Shown piece by piece: positions 30,786-40,469 of a stretch of DNA of 64,000 bases. The first letter of the stretch is position 1. Every line of letters begins with the position of its first letter. The stretch covers positions 239,058 to 303,057 of the IMG/VR virus record IMGVR_UViG_3300027969_000039, one strand, 5' to 3'. Below the pieces are notes generated by a model that made no database searches, was not told the DNA's origin, and saw nothing but the letters and a program-made list of their open reading frames with translations. The position numbers were made by a program, and so were the translations under genes.

Positions 30786-31700
30786 ATGAAAAAATTATTA
30801 GTTATATTAACTGTATTAGTATTAGCAGCTTGTAGTAAAACAACAACTGCTCCTACAGCAACCGTAACAACATTCACCCCTTCTTTTGTAGTAGACTACA
30901 ATGGATGTGGAACTGATCCAGTAATATCAGGTAACTCTGTTACATTCGGTTCAGGAACAAATTGTCAAGCAGGTAGACTTGTATCACAACAAGGATATGT
31001 GAATATCACACAAGTCAAAGCAACGATTGATCTGTCAAAACTATCACAGAACTATGTTAACGCTAGTTTCTACATGGTATCAAACCCAGTACAACCTAGT
31101 GTTCAACCAAAAGGCACTAACTACTGTGATGCAGGTGGTAGCCAGAACCAATGGAACTGCCAAGAGATTGATATCATAGAAACAAATGGTAACAAAATCA
31201 CACAATCTACATTACATCTAGGTACAGGTGGTTCTAGTGCTCCACAACGATATGAGTATTCATTCGCATCTACAGCGAATAACAGTTGTTTCAACTATTC
31301 ATCAATGACTAGTTCACCTACTGCTACTAACGGATTACACAGTATGGTCAATGTCATTGACATGAGCAAACCATTTGATATGGTGACTGATTTCACATAC
31401 GGAACAACTCCTACAATGAAAGTAACATATTCACAGAATGGTAATTTTGTGATAGTATATGATAGTAGTATTGGTACAGGTGCAGAAGGTAGTGGTAGTG
31501 TAGATATGACTTCATTGATAACTAGCATGAAGAATGGTTACTGGTTGAATCTATCATTCTGGCAAGGCTTTAGCCCGACTGGCCCCGGTAGTGCTCCGTG
31601 GTGGAACAACAGTTGTTCATGGGGCGCATTGTGCAATAATACAAGTGGATACTGGAGTATCAGCAACATACAAGTAACTGCTGATAGCGTAATAAAATGA
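30786..31700 (+). CDS. Lipoprotein with clan-B glycoside hydrolase (GH7/GH16-like) domain
   Basis: Lipobox LAAC after MKK and a hydrophobic stretch; Thr/Pro linker; YCDA...CQEIDIIETN (E-x-D-x-x-E). Confidence 0.65.
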   Translation: MKKLLVILTVLVLAACSKTTTAPTATVTTFTPSFVVDYNGCGTDPVISGNSVTFGSGTNCQAGRLVSQQGYVNITQVKATIDLSKLSQNYVNASFYMVSNPVQPSVQPKGTNYCDAGGSQNQWNCQEIDIIETNGNKITQSTLHLGTGGSSAPQRYEYSFASTANNSCFNYSSMTSSPTATNGLHSMVNVIDMSKPFDMVTDFTYGTTPTMKVTYSQNGNFVIVYDSSIGTGAEGSGSVDMTSLITSMKNGYWLNLSFWQGFSPTGPGSAPWWNNSCSWGALCNNTSGYWSISNIQVTADSVIK

Positions 31701-32800
31701 GTCAAGCACAATACGATTTACACACAAAGACAGATTACTTAAATCGTAAGATGTTTCTAGATCCGTTGGGTCCAGTTACTATCCAACGTTTTGAAGAAGT
31801 TAAATATAAGAAGATCGCAGACTTTGATAGTACTGCTAGGGGATTCTTTTGGCAACCAGAAGAAATCAGTTTAACTAAAGATGCCAATGACTTCAAAGAA
31901 GCCAGTGATGCAGTTAAACATATCTTCACTAGTAACTTACTACGACAGACAGCATTGGATAGTTTGCAAGGACGTGGACCAACACAAGTGTTTACCCCTG
32001 TATGTAGCATCCCTGAACTAGAAGCATTGATGTACAACTGGGGCTTCTTTGAGACAAATATTCACAGCAAGAGTTATAGCCATATCATTCGCAATATCTA
32101 TAATGTGCCAAAAGATATATTCAATACTATACACGATACACAAGAGATTGTGGATATGGCTGCAAGTATTGGCAAGTACTATGACAAACTACACGAGTTA
32201 AACTGTTTCAAAGAAATCAGTCCAAAGACAGTAAGTGAAGAAACTCATATTAAAGCAATATGGTTAGCATTGAACGCAAGCTATGCATTAGAAGCATTTA
32301 GATTTATGGTATCATTTGCTACTAGTTTAGCAATGGTAGAGAACAAAATCTTTATTGGTAATGGTAATATTATTGGATTGATTTTACAAGATGAATTACT
32401 ACACAAAGCATGGACTGCATACATCATCAATCAAGTAGTCAAAGAAGATGAAAGATTTGCTAAAGCAAAACAAGAGTGTGAAGGTGAAGTATATCAATTG
32501 TACTTAGATGTAATCCGTGAAGAAAAACAATGGGCAGACTATTTGTTCAACAAAGGACCTGTAATTGGATTGAATGCTAATGTATTGAAAGACTTTGTTG
32601 ATTATACAGCAGTAGGTGCATTGAAAGAGATCGGTATTAAATATCAAGGTAATGCGCCAAAGAGTACGCCTATACCTTGGTTCAACAAACATAGTGATAC
32701 AAGCAAGAAGCAGACCGCACTACAAGAAAACGAATCAACAAATTATGTAATCGGTATTATGAGTGAATCACTTGATTACGACCAATTGCCAAATTTATAA
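31697..32800 (+). CDS. nrdB: Ribonucleotide reductase class Ia beta subunit
   Basis: FFWQPEEI, LDSLQGR, ETNIHSKSY (radical Tyr), LEAFRF, DELLH. Confidence 0.96.
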   Translation: MSQAQYDLHTKTDYLNRKMFLDPLGPVTIQRFEEVKYKKIADFDSTARGFFWQPEEISLTKDANDFKEASDAVKHIFTSNLLRQTALDSLQGRGPTQVFTPVCSIPELEALMYNWGFFETNIHSKSYSHIIRNIYNVPKDIFNTIHDTQEIVDMAASIGKYYDKLHELNCFKEISPKTVSEETHIKAIWLALNASYALEAFRFMVSFATSLAMVENKIFIGNGNIIGLILQDELLHKAWTAYIINQVVKEDERFAKAKQECEGEVYQLYLDVIREEKQWADYLFNKGPVIGLNANVLKDFVDYTAVGALKEIGIKYQGNAPKSTPIPWFNKHSDTSKKQTALQENESTNYVIGIMSESLDYDQLPNL

Positions 32801-32811
32801 AAGGAAATAAG

Positions 32812-33042
32812 ATGAAAGCCATAGTATGGAGTAAGTACGACTGCCCTTATTGCGACCAAGCAAAAGCCTTACTAAAAAGTAAAGGGATACAGTTTGAAGA
32901 AAAGAAAATTGGTGATGGATACACCAAAGAAGATTTATTAGAAGCAGTACCAACTGCCAGATCAGTTCCGCAGATTTTCCTAGACGGAGAACTTGTGGGT
33001 GGGTTCACAGAACTCAGAAAAAAATTAACAGAAAGCGTATAA
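32812..33042 (+). CDS. Glutaredoxin
   Basis: CPYC active site, SVPQIF, GGF. Confidence 0.92.
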   Translation: MKAIVWSKYDCPYCDQAKALLKSKGIQFEEKKIGDGYTKEDLLEAVPTARSVPQIFLDGELVGGFTELRKKLTESV

Positions 33043-33335
33043 TGGAAATTGGAAAAGTATTTACAATTAAATTGAATTCAGGTGAAGAATTGATTACTAA
33101 GGTAGTTGACATTACTAGAGATAACATCATTATTGAAGAACCAGTGAGCATTGCACCAGGGCAACAAGGTATGCAAATGATACCTAGTATGTTTACTGCA
33201 AATCCTAAGGGTAAATTTACACTAAATAATACTAGTATTAGTCTTTATGCAGAGACAGATGACAATATTAGAATGAAATATTTAGAAGCAACCACTGGAA
33301 TTAAAGTACCGGATAAGAAAATCGTATTAGGATAA
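33042..33335 (+). CDS. Conserved phage protein, Sm-like beta fold
   Basis: IKLNSGEELI...Y..ATTGI motif; translationally coupled to glutaredoxin. Confidence 0.6.
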   Translation: MEIGKVFTIKLNSGEELITKVVDITRDNIIIEEPVSIAPGQQGMQMIPSMFTANPKGKFTLNNTSISLYAETDDNIRMKYLEATTGIKVPDKKIVLG

Positions 33336-33336
33336 T

Positions 33337-33609
33337 ATGGCAAAAGTAAGCAGATTGGGTGACACAAATCAAGAAGGCGGTAGAATATTACGCGGCGCCA
33401 AGACGGTTTATGTTAATGGAATCCCAATCGGTTTACATGTTAGTAGATTATCGGGGCATGGCGAAGATGAACACAGTGAGAATGTTGCGTATACTACAGA
33501 AGCTAGTCCAACAGTATTCGCTGAAGGTGTTGCTGTACTAAGAGTTGGGTCGGGTAATAGCTGCGGACATCGTATTGTTAAAGGCAGCGAGGATGTGTTT
33601 GTACCATGA
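33337..33609 (+). CDS. PAAR-domain spike tip protein
   Basis: SRLGD, TVYVNGIPI, TVFAEG...RVG...SCGH.I..GS.DVFV. Confidence 0.85.
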   Translation: MAKVSRLGDTNQEGGRILRGAKTVYVNGIPIGLHVSRLSGHGEDEHSENVAYTTEASPTVFAEGVAVLRVGSGNSCGHRIVKGSEDVFVP

Positions 33610-35747
33610 GTGATTCAGGAAAACAAAGTCCTTTGGGCGTTAACGTACTAAGCGGGTTATTGCAAAATACTGGCATAGGAATTAATTCTACCTCTGCTTC
33701 TTATATGGGTTCCAGTACTAGTATTAGCACTTATACCTACGGTACAATAATCTCTAATACTGTACTTAATAACTTAACAAATGCAATAAGACAAGGATGG
33801 GTAAGATATAATGCCGGTGATATATCATTGTCAACCTATACTAATTTATTAGCAATAGGTAGTACAACTATCCCTGCACTAGGCAATAGCCCACCAAGTA
33901 CATACTCGGGTAGTCAAAGTTACAACTTTGCTTACACTGGACAAAATGCTAGCTATGGATATTACAGATTATTCGCTTGGCAAGCATATAACGAATACAA
34001 TTATAATTCTAGTTTACCAAGCTATATAGATTTTTTGGGTTCTTTCCAACAAGCTGGATCATATATAAGCCAATCAAATCAATCTATAATGACTTTACAA
34101 AATTCTCTAGAATTTTTGACAGGCACTTATAGTAATATGAATGACTTGACTACAGCAGATATAACTGGTGTAAGTTTATCAACTACTAATTTTGGTCAAG
34201 ATTTAATTAATTTAGGTAAAGCACTAGACTTAAAAACTATCGCTACATTTGGACTACCTTCTAATCTATTAGCTACTATAAAGAATGTTAATGGGTTAAC
34301 AACATCATTGCGTATAGCATTACTCGCAAGTGGATTGTCAGTATCTGATGTAGATAGAGCAACTAGCAATAATAATGTAACAGCAAATCAACAACAAATG
34401 ATTTATGGTGCATTCTTGATAATAGCAGGTGTTGACTTAGATGAAATATTGATTTCGTTAAATTGCAAGACAACAGGATTGGACACTTTAGCAGATTTAT
34501 TGAACCCAAGTAAAATGTTTCCTAATAGCTATCTGACACTAACGGTTCCGGTATACAATGTAGGACAAACACAATCTACAAACAGCAAGACTTACTATCC
34601 TATATATACTAGTAGTGGAAGTTTGAATTCAGGTTTAACTGCACCAGCTATAAAAGCACAAATAGGGTCAACATCACCGTCTGGTACTGCACAAGTATCA
34701 TATACTGGATATAGTAGTATTAACAATGTACAAGTTATACCACAAGGATTTGGGTCTTATTTACAAGATTTAATACCAGCAGATATAGCAGTTGCAGCGG
34801 GCGCATTCAGTATGTCAATGCAGCAGATAAAAAACATCACTAATGTTCCTATAGAAAAGTTTGCTCAAGTAGCAGCAAACTTAGAAACTACTCAAGGATT
34901 AAATTTAGTCAATGGAACAACTGTTCCAACTGACACAATCAATGCACAGATAGCATTGACTTCAATAGCATTGGGTAGTGGAGCAAGTAATACATATACA
35001 TATAGTGATTTCTTTGGTTCAATGTCTGGATTACCTTATCCATGGGAATTGATGCAAACACTAATACTATCTATTCAAACACCAACATTAGCAACTATAT
35101 ACGCAACTTTATATACTGCTACGCAAGGTGCTACTCTTGGATTAGATGCAGCAGTACAAGCACAAATTGATTTGGCAAATGCTGAGATATCAACAATAAT
35201 GAATTTATCTTCAATTCAAGCAACACAACTTAATAGTTTATATAGTAAAACTGCAACACAATTAAACATAGAACAACGTGCTAGGTATAACGGAATTAGT
35301 ACTGTAGTATACAAGACACCAACTGTATATAGTTTTGTAGATAGTATACCTAATTATGCATTAGATACTCAACCTAATATGGCTGCACAAACATTAGAAG
35401 CTATTAGTAATTTAACTAATGTAACTGGACAAAGTATAGTGGGTATGATGCGTGAGAATAGAAATCAAACTAGATTGAATTTAGTTGGAATTCCATTAGA
35501 TAACAATATACCAGATAATGTTCCATTAAATGCACCAGATGCTGCACCAGCATATCCTGCTGATACAAGTATTATAACAGCACCTGACCCAATAGTAATA
35601 CCCGGAAGTTTAGCAGAACCTGTGAATATCATTCCAATTCCGCTAAATACTATAGACAATTCTTCGGTACTGTTACCTTCAGTACCTTCAATAGCGCAAG
35701 CTATCAATGATGTAATCACATGTAATTGTGATTGCTGGGTTCAATAA
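33606..35747 (+). CDS. Large hypothetical protein, probably virion/baseplate
   Basis: 713 aa, ATGA overlap with PAAR; Ser/Thr/Asn-rich; C-terminal CNCDCW. Confidence 0.55.
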   Translation: MSDSGKQSPLGVNVLSGLLQNTGIGINSTSASYMGSSTSISTYTYGTIISNTVLNNLTNAIRQGWVRYNAGDISLSTYTNLLAIGSTTIPALGNSPPSTYSGSQSYNFAYTGQNASYGYYRLFAWQAYNEYNYNSSLPSYIDFLGSFQQAGSYISQSNQSIMTLQNSLEFLTGTYSNMNDLTTADITGVSLSTTNFGQDLINLGKALDLKTIATFGLPSNLLATIKNVNGLTTSLRIALLASGLSVSDVDRATSNNNVTANQQQMIYGAFLIIAGVDLDEILISLNCKTTGLDTLADLLNPSKMFPNSYLTLTVPVYNVGQTQSTNSKTYYPIYTSSGSLNSGLTAPAIKAQIGSTSPSGTAQVSYTGYSSINNVQVIPQGFGSYLQDLIPADIAVAAGAFSMSMQQIKNITNVPIEKFAQVAANLETTQGLNLVNGTTVPTDTINAQIALTSIALGSGASNTYTYSDFFGSMSGLPYPWELMQTLILSIQTPTLATIYATLYTATQGATLGLDAAVQAQIDLANAEISTIMNLSSIQATQLNSLYSKTATQLNIEQRARYNGISTVVYKTPTVYSFVDSIPNYALDTQPNMAAQTLEAISNLTNVTGQSIVGMMRENRNQTRLNLVGIPLDNNIPDNVPLNAPDAAPAYPADTSIITAPDPIVIPGSLAEPVNIIPIPLNTIDNSSVLLPSVPSIAQAINDVITCNCDCWVQ

Positions 35748-35756
35748 CCAAAACAT

Positions 35757-35789
35757 TTGGTTATTAATCAAAACTGTAGTATACTACAG
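35757..35789 (+). promoter_or_regulatory. Weak sigma70-like promoter overlapped by a 16-bp perfect palindrome (CTGT-N8-ACAG)
   Basis: TTGGTT(35757)-17 nt-TATACT(35780); CTGTAGTATACTACAG at 35774-35789. Confidence 0.4.
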
Positions 35790-35801
35790 AAAAGGAAAAT
35801 T

Positions 35802-36344
35802 ATGTTTTTATCATTAAAAAATAAAATAGTATTACTGTCCATGATGTTTTTATCATTCATGGTTATTCCTTTGCCAACACAATCATTGTACAATTTACCA
35901 GAGATTAGTATACCTACTCTGAAGAAAATTGACATGAAACAACTTGCGTGTATGGCAAAAAATATATATTATGAAGCGGGCGCTGAGATAATGCCTGGTC
36001 AAGCCGCTGTCGCCAGAGTAGTAATGAATCGTGTTAATCATGGGTTCGCCGAGACTCCATGCAAAGTAATCTATCAAAAGACTACAATCAATGAAAATGT
36101 TGTATGTCAGTTTAGCTGGGTTTGCGAGGGCAAAGGTGATCCTAACCCTGCAAGCGCAAGATACAAGCAAGCAGAAATGATTGCGTACCAAGTAATGACA
36201 GGCATGTATAAAGATGTTGTTCCAAAGACAACATTGTTCTTTCATTCGATACATGTTGATCCATCGTGGCCATACAAGCAAGTAGCAAAGATAGGTAATC
36301 ACATTTTCTATAGCAAGCAAAGAGTCAAAAAAACTGATGATTGA
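35802..36344 (+). CDS. Cell wall hydrolase, SleB/Hydrolase_2 family, with N-terminal membrane anchor
   Basis: C.AKNIYYEA..E...GQ.AVA.VVMNRV, CQFSW, IGNHIFY; AAGGA RBS supports the ATG at 35802. Confidence 0.88.
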   Translation: MFLSLKNKIVLLSMMFLSFMVIPLPTQSLYNLPEISIPTLKKIDMKQLACMAKNIYYEAGAEIMPGQAAVARVVMNRVNHGFAETPCKVIYQKTTINENVVCQFSWVCEGKGDPNPASARYKQAEMIAYQVMTGMYKDVVPKTTLFFHSIHVDPSWPYKQVAKIGNHIFYSKQRVKKTDD

Positions 36345-36813
36345 TGATAGTAAGCTAGATTGGAATTGGGAAAAGTATCTATCATCAAAAGAAGATGGCA
36401 TACTGATTCCTAAACAAGATAACTTAGAATATGATTTACTTACTACTGAGTGGATCATAGAAAAAGTTAAAAGTGATAAAGTCTATGCCCAACATCTATA
36501 TGCGGCAATGTGCAACAATGACTTTATGCGTAATGATGTATGGCCTATACTAACTGAGAAAAAATGGAGTTGCAGTTGGAGACATGCAGGTGGAGTCATT
36601 TCTGAAATACGCGGTGAAGGTGATTATTTGGATTGGTACTGTAGTGGTATAGTTGATGCGGACGAAGATCAGTGGGGTATTTTAAGTGAAGATTCAAAGA
36701 AAAGACTACTTGAGACTAAAGCGCATGTAGCTGAAAGTGTTGTTACCGATGAAATACGCAAAGATTTGTTTAAATTAAATTGGATTGTAGTAGAAGATAA
36801 ATCGTCCGACTAA
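36337..36813 (+). CDS. Conserved hypothetical phage protein
   Basis: NLEYDL...YAQHLYAAMCNN.F...WSCSWR.AGG...GDYLDWYCSG. Confidence 0.7.
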   Translation: MIDDSKLDWNWEKYLSSKEDGILIPKQDNLEYDLLTTEWIIEKVKSDKVYAQHLYAAMCNNDFMRNDVWPILTEKKWSCSWRHAGGVISEIRGEGDYLDWYCSGIVDADEDQWGILSEDSKKRLLETKAHVAESVVTDEIRKDLFKLNWIVVEDKSSD

Positions 36814-36834
36814 ATACAACACAGGAGATATATT

Positions 36835-36957
36835 ATGTTAGAAACTTTGTTATATTTATTGTTAGGTGCATTCGTCGGATGGAACTTCCCTCAACCACAA
36901 TTTGCTAAAAACATTCAAGCAAAAGTTTTATCAATGTTTAATAAAGAGGCTAAATAA
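36835..36957 (+). CDS. 40-aa small membrane protein (not in ORF track)
   Basis: MLETLLYLLLGAFVGWNFPQPQFAKNIQAKVLSMFNKEAK; AGGAG RBS; stop overlaps the iscU ATG. Confidence 0.7.
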   Translation: MLETLLYLLLGAFVGWNFPQPQFAKNIQAKVLSMFNKEAK

Positions 36958-37337
36958 TGGCATATTCTCAACAAGTTGTAGATCACTATGAGAACCCACG
37001 TAACGTGGGTAGTTTTAGTAAAGAAGATGAAGATGTGGGTACAGGAATGGTCGGTGCCCCAGCTTGCGGTGACGTAATGAAACTGCAAATTAAAGTAGAT
37101 AAAGAAACGGGGTTAATAACAGATGCCAAATTTAAGACATATGGGTGTGGGTCGGCAATTGCTTCTTCAAGTCTTGTCACAGAGTGGGTCAAGGGTAAAA
37201 CACTGGATGAAGCTGGAGCCCTCAAAAACTCACTCATCGCCGAACACCTCGCCCTCCCACCAGTCAAAATCCATTGTAGTATCCTCGCCGAGGACGCCAT
37301 CAAAGCCGCAGTAGCAGATTACCGTAACAGGCACTAA
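36957..37337 (+). CDS. iscU: Fe-S cluster scaffold IscU
   Basis: YS..V.DHYENPRNVG, APACGDVMKLQI, KTYGCGSAIASSS, LPPVKIHCS. Confidence 0.96.
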   Translation: MAYSQQVVDHYENPRNVGSFSKEDEDVGTGMVGAPACGDVMKLQIKVDKETGLITDAKFKTYGCGSAIASSSLVTEWVKGKTLDEAGALKNSLIAEHLALPPVKIHCSILAEDAIKAAVADYRNRH

Positions 37338-37338
37338 C

Positions 37339-37635
37339 ATGAGTACAGAAGAAGATAAAATTAAGCACAGTAAACGCTTGCTTAAGGACGACAATGCCAT
37401 CACCAAACAATTGCAAATCGCTAAGGAGATGGGTCATGCAGGTCATGACAAATTCATCAAAGAACCACATCGTCTAGCAAAACATCATGCATTGGATTGT
37501 GGTAATCCAAAATGTCTGTTATGTCATAGTGAGAAAGTATTTGGTCACAAGACTATTCAAGAACAACGCTTTGACCAAGATGTAGAACATCCTAGAGGAA
37601 AACATAGTAATGGTTTGACAATAAAAGAAGATTGA
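37339..37635 (+). CDS. Hypothetical protein with Cys/His motif
   Basis: PHRLAKHHALDCGNPKCLLC. Confidence 0.6.
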   Translation: MSTEEDKIKHSKRLLKDDNAITKQLQIAKEMGHAGHDKFIKEPHRLAKHHALDCGNPKCLLCHSEKVFGHKTIQEQRFDQDVEHPRGKHSNGLTIKED

Positions 37636-37680
37636 CTGTTTGTGACCAGATAAATACTGTTAGACACACTAGGAGGATTT

Positions 37681-38142
37681 ATGTCACAAACAATGCAAAA
37701 CTTAGCCGACGCTTTTGCTGGCGAATCACAAGCACACACTAAGTATCGTTACTTTGCTAAAATTGCCCGAGAAGAAGGTAATGAAGAAATAGCAAAACAT
37801 TTTGAACACACCGCAGATCAAGAGATTCTACATGCATGGGGACATCTAGAGTTAATGATCAAGAAGCCAACTACTGAAGAATGCTTACAAATGGCAATTG
37901 ACGGGGAGACTTATGAATTTGAACATATGTATCCTGAATTCAAAGAAACGGCTGAATTTGAAGGTAATATGGTTTTTGCTAATGAAGCGAATATGCAAAT
38001 TCAAGAATCAAAAGAACATGCGGAGCAATTCAAAGCATTGCTAACCAAAGCTGAAAAACGCTTTGGTGCATTAGCTAAGATTGAAAAGCGTCATGCTGAG
38101 GCATATCAAAAACATCTAACAACATATAAGGAGGCAGTATAA
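37681..38142 (+). CDS. Rubrerythrin (di-iron ferritin-like domain)
   Basis: NL.DAFAGESQA..KY.YFA..AREEG, E..HA, GETYE...MYP, E.EHA; AGGAGG RBS. Confidence 0.9.
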   Translation: MSQTMQNLADAFAGESQAHTKYRYFAKIAREEGNEEIAKHFEHTADQEILHAWGHLELMIKKPTTEECLQMAIDGETYEFEHMYPEFKETAEFEGNMVFANEANMQIQESKEHAEQFKALLTKAEKRFGALAKIEKRHAEAYQKHLTTYKEAV

Positions 38143-38270
38143 TGGAACATATATGCGTAGTATGCGGCCATGTCCACGATGAAACAATTGAAGGTAAATG
38201 GGAACAACTTCCTGACGACCATGTTTGCCCTGAGTGCGGATGCGGCAAAGAAGATTATGAATTGCTATAA
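38142..38270 (+). CDS. Rubredoxin (42 aa, not in ORF track)
   Basis: MEHICVVCGHVHDETIEGKWEQLPDDHVCPECGCGKEDYELL: CxxCG...W..LPDD..CP.CG; AAGGAGG RBS. Confidence 0.88.
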   Translation: MEHICVVCGHVHDETIEGKWEQLPDDHVCPECGCGKEDYELL

Positions 38271-38486
38271 GTGATAGAAACCCATAAAAGAACTATACTT
38301 AGAATGATCACCTATCGCTTAACTGCATGGGTGTTTACCATAGTATGGACATATTTGTTTACTGGGAATTTAAGTAGTGCAGCTGGATTTGCTACTGCTT
38401 TACACATTTTATTAAGCATCGACTATTACATACATGAACGTATATGGTTAAAAATAAAATGGGGAATAAGTGATGACAAAACTTAA
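38271..38486 (+). CDS. DUF2061-like small membrane protein
   Basis: ETHKRT..R.ITYR...YYIHERIW.KIKWG. Confidence 0.75.
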   Translation: MIETHKRTILRMITYRLTAWVFTIVWTYLFTGNLSSAAGFATALHILLSIDYYIHERIWLKIKWGISDDKT

Positions 38487-39138
38487 AATTCTTATAACAG
38501 GTAACCCTGACAAAGATATATCAAAAGAAATTGTCAATATTTATCCAGAAGCACATACTGTTTCAAGATCAGATAATTCAACATATCAAATGGATTTAAC
38601 TATTGATACTAATGTTTTTGAATTAGCTAAAATAAGCAAAGACTATGATATAGTAATCAATTCTGCTTTGATACCAAATTTTGGGCAAACACGCATATTG
38701 CAAGCAGTATGGACCGAATGGAAAGTAGAAAAACATCAAGGGCATATAATTAGTTTTGGTTCAGCAGTTGATTATTTTTATAGACCAGACAATAGATTAT
38801 ATCCTATTGAAAAACGTGCGCTTAGAGATTTAAATAGGTCTTTGTCCAAACATGTTACTTGGTACAATTCAAAAATAAAATGTACATATTTTAGCTTTGG
38901 TGGAGTATCAACAGAAAAAACACTCAATCAATGGGGACATTTTTCACACTTTGATACGGTCGAGATTGCAAATTATACTAAATGGATAATTGAATCTCCT
39001 TCAACTGCTAATATAGATGAATTGCATATAACACCTATTCAAACTGCAACGAAAGAAGAATTAAAAAAACTAAATAAGAACAATCCTATCAAATGGGATT
39101 CCGGTGACACCCGTTCTTTTCTTATATCAGCCGAATAA
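38470..39138 (+). CDS. Short-chain dehydrogenase/reductase-like protein
   Basis: ILITG, DIVINSA, IISFGS, YPIEK (YxxxK). Confidence 0.65.
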   Translation: MMTKLKILITGNPDKDISKEIVNIYPEAHTVSRSDNSTYQMDLTIDTNVFELAKISKDYDIVINSALIPNFGQTRILQAVWTEWKVEKHQGHIISFGSAVDYFYRPDNRLYPIEKRALRDLNRSLSKHVTWYNSKIKCTYFSFGGVSTEKTLNQWGHFSHFDTVEIANYTKWIIESPSTANIDELHITPIQTATKEELKKLNKNNPIKWDSGDTRSFLISAE

Positions 39139-39139
39139 T

Positions 39140-39865
39140 ATGAAAAATCTTTGGAAGAAAAAAATTATAGATTTAGCAGCAATGCAACTTGATTTTCCTG
39201 TGACGGATGAAGATATCTTGATTATGGCTAAGGAAATAGATAATATCCCTGACAAATACTGGTATTGGTGTACATTCAGGGAGTCTTATCTACTATGTCT
39301 ATATGGCAACGAAGATGTAAATAATAAAAAAGATATGTATTGGTTGTCATTTGCTAACAATTGCACAAAGATAAAAGAGTTATGTAATAATTTTATTTTT
39401 CCAATGACAGATATTAGACCTAGAATAATTATTATTAGAACAATGCCTGGGATGAAGATGAGGTTGCACACAGATTGTTATGCAGATCAAATGGAAAAAT
39501 TAGAACCAAAACTTAGACTAGTACTTAAAGGTAGAAACAACACCTTGTATTATGTCAACGATAAAAAAGAACAGATACACATTCCTAATTCTTGGAGAGG
39601 ATACTTAATGTCCGGTGCTGCACTACATGGCATGGACAATGAAACTGAAGAAAAATATACATTATGTTGGGGTGATCCATGGACCGGTGATGAATTAAAT
39701 AATGATAAATTTTTTGAGTATATAACATCACAATATACCAAATATAGCAGTGATGCTATTCGTGTATCATCTTTAGGTAAAGTTGATCATGCTATCGGAA
39801 TAAAAGACCCTAACAAAGAAAAAATATATAGCTGGGATGATTGGCATGAACGTAAAAATAGTTGA
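39140..39865 (+). CDS. Fe(II)/2OG-type oxygenase-like protein (Asp/Asn beta-hydroxylase-like)
   Basis: PGMKMRLHTD (HxD) and distal LHGMDN. Confidence 0.5.
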   Translation: MKNLWKKKIIDLAAMQLDFPVTDEDILIMAKEIDNIPDKYWYWCTFRESYLLCLYGNEDVNNKKDMYWLSFANNCTKIKELCNNFIFPMTDIRPRIIIIRTMPGMKMRLHTDCYADQMEKLEPKLRLVLKGRNNTLYYVNDKKEQIHIPNSWRGYLMSGAALHGMDNETEEKYTLCWGDPWTGDELNNDKFFEYITSQYTKYSSDAIRVSSLGKVDHAIGIKDPNKEKIYSWDDWHERKNS

Positions 39866-40469
39866 TGCAAATAGTATAGATGTTTATAACTTTAGAAAAG
39901 AAATTATCTGCGTAGATGAAAAATCAATTGAAGATTATCTAACAGACGATATCAAATACAATAAAAATATACCTGAAGAAGTTTGGAAATTTAGCAAACT
40001 TAAATGGGAATCTCTTGGGTTTGATGCATTATATGCAGTATATGTAAATGACGAGATTGCTGCCATTAGTGGCGCAAAGTTATACGGAAGATTTCTTAGG
40101 GTCGGAATGATGTATTATGTTCTTAAAAGGTTTAGAAAATCCGTTAGGAGTACATTATGGGCTAATGATGGAATGTTAACAACGGCTGTTAATGATTTTG
40201 CTAAACAAATAGATTACAGTTTTGTTTCTATATATGCACATAATACACGATTAGAAGCATGGTGCCGCGCTTTAATTCGCGGGAAACGGTACGGTCAGAT
40301 AGGAAACGGGACAGAGCATATTGATTTACTTAAAAGTTATACGATGGATAACGATCTAATCATGTTTAATAATGTTCCTCAGTATATTTTGTATAGAAAA
40401 GAAACAACAAATGACATTGATCCTGATATATTCTTAGAAAAGTTATCAACGCTAATAAATACAACATGA
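39837..40469 (+). CDS. Hypothetical protein, possibly GNAT-fold
   Basis: V..DEIAAISG...LRVG..YYVLK.FR pattern; weak. Confidence 0.4.
   Translation: MIGMNVKIVDANSIDVYNFRKEIICVDEKSIEDYLTDDIKYNKNIPEEVWKFSKLKWESLGFDALYAVYVNDEIAAISGAKLYGRFLRVGMMYYVLKRFRKSVRSTLWANDGMLTTAVNDFAKQIDYSFVSIYAHNTRLEAWCRALIRGKRYGQIGNGTEHIDLLKSYTMDNDLIMFNNVPQYILYRKETTNDIDPDIFLEKLSTLINTT

Noticed and set aside
30777-31700. Intron or homing endonuclease between nrdA and nrdB
   Set aside because: Both RNR genes are intact; the insert has a lipobox and glycoside-hydrolase motifs, not HNH/GIY-YIG/LAGLIDADG.
35895-36458. 187-aa minus-strand ORF
   Set aside because: Antisense to the clear SleB-family gene.
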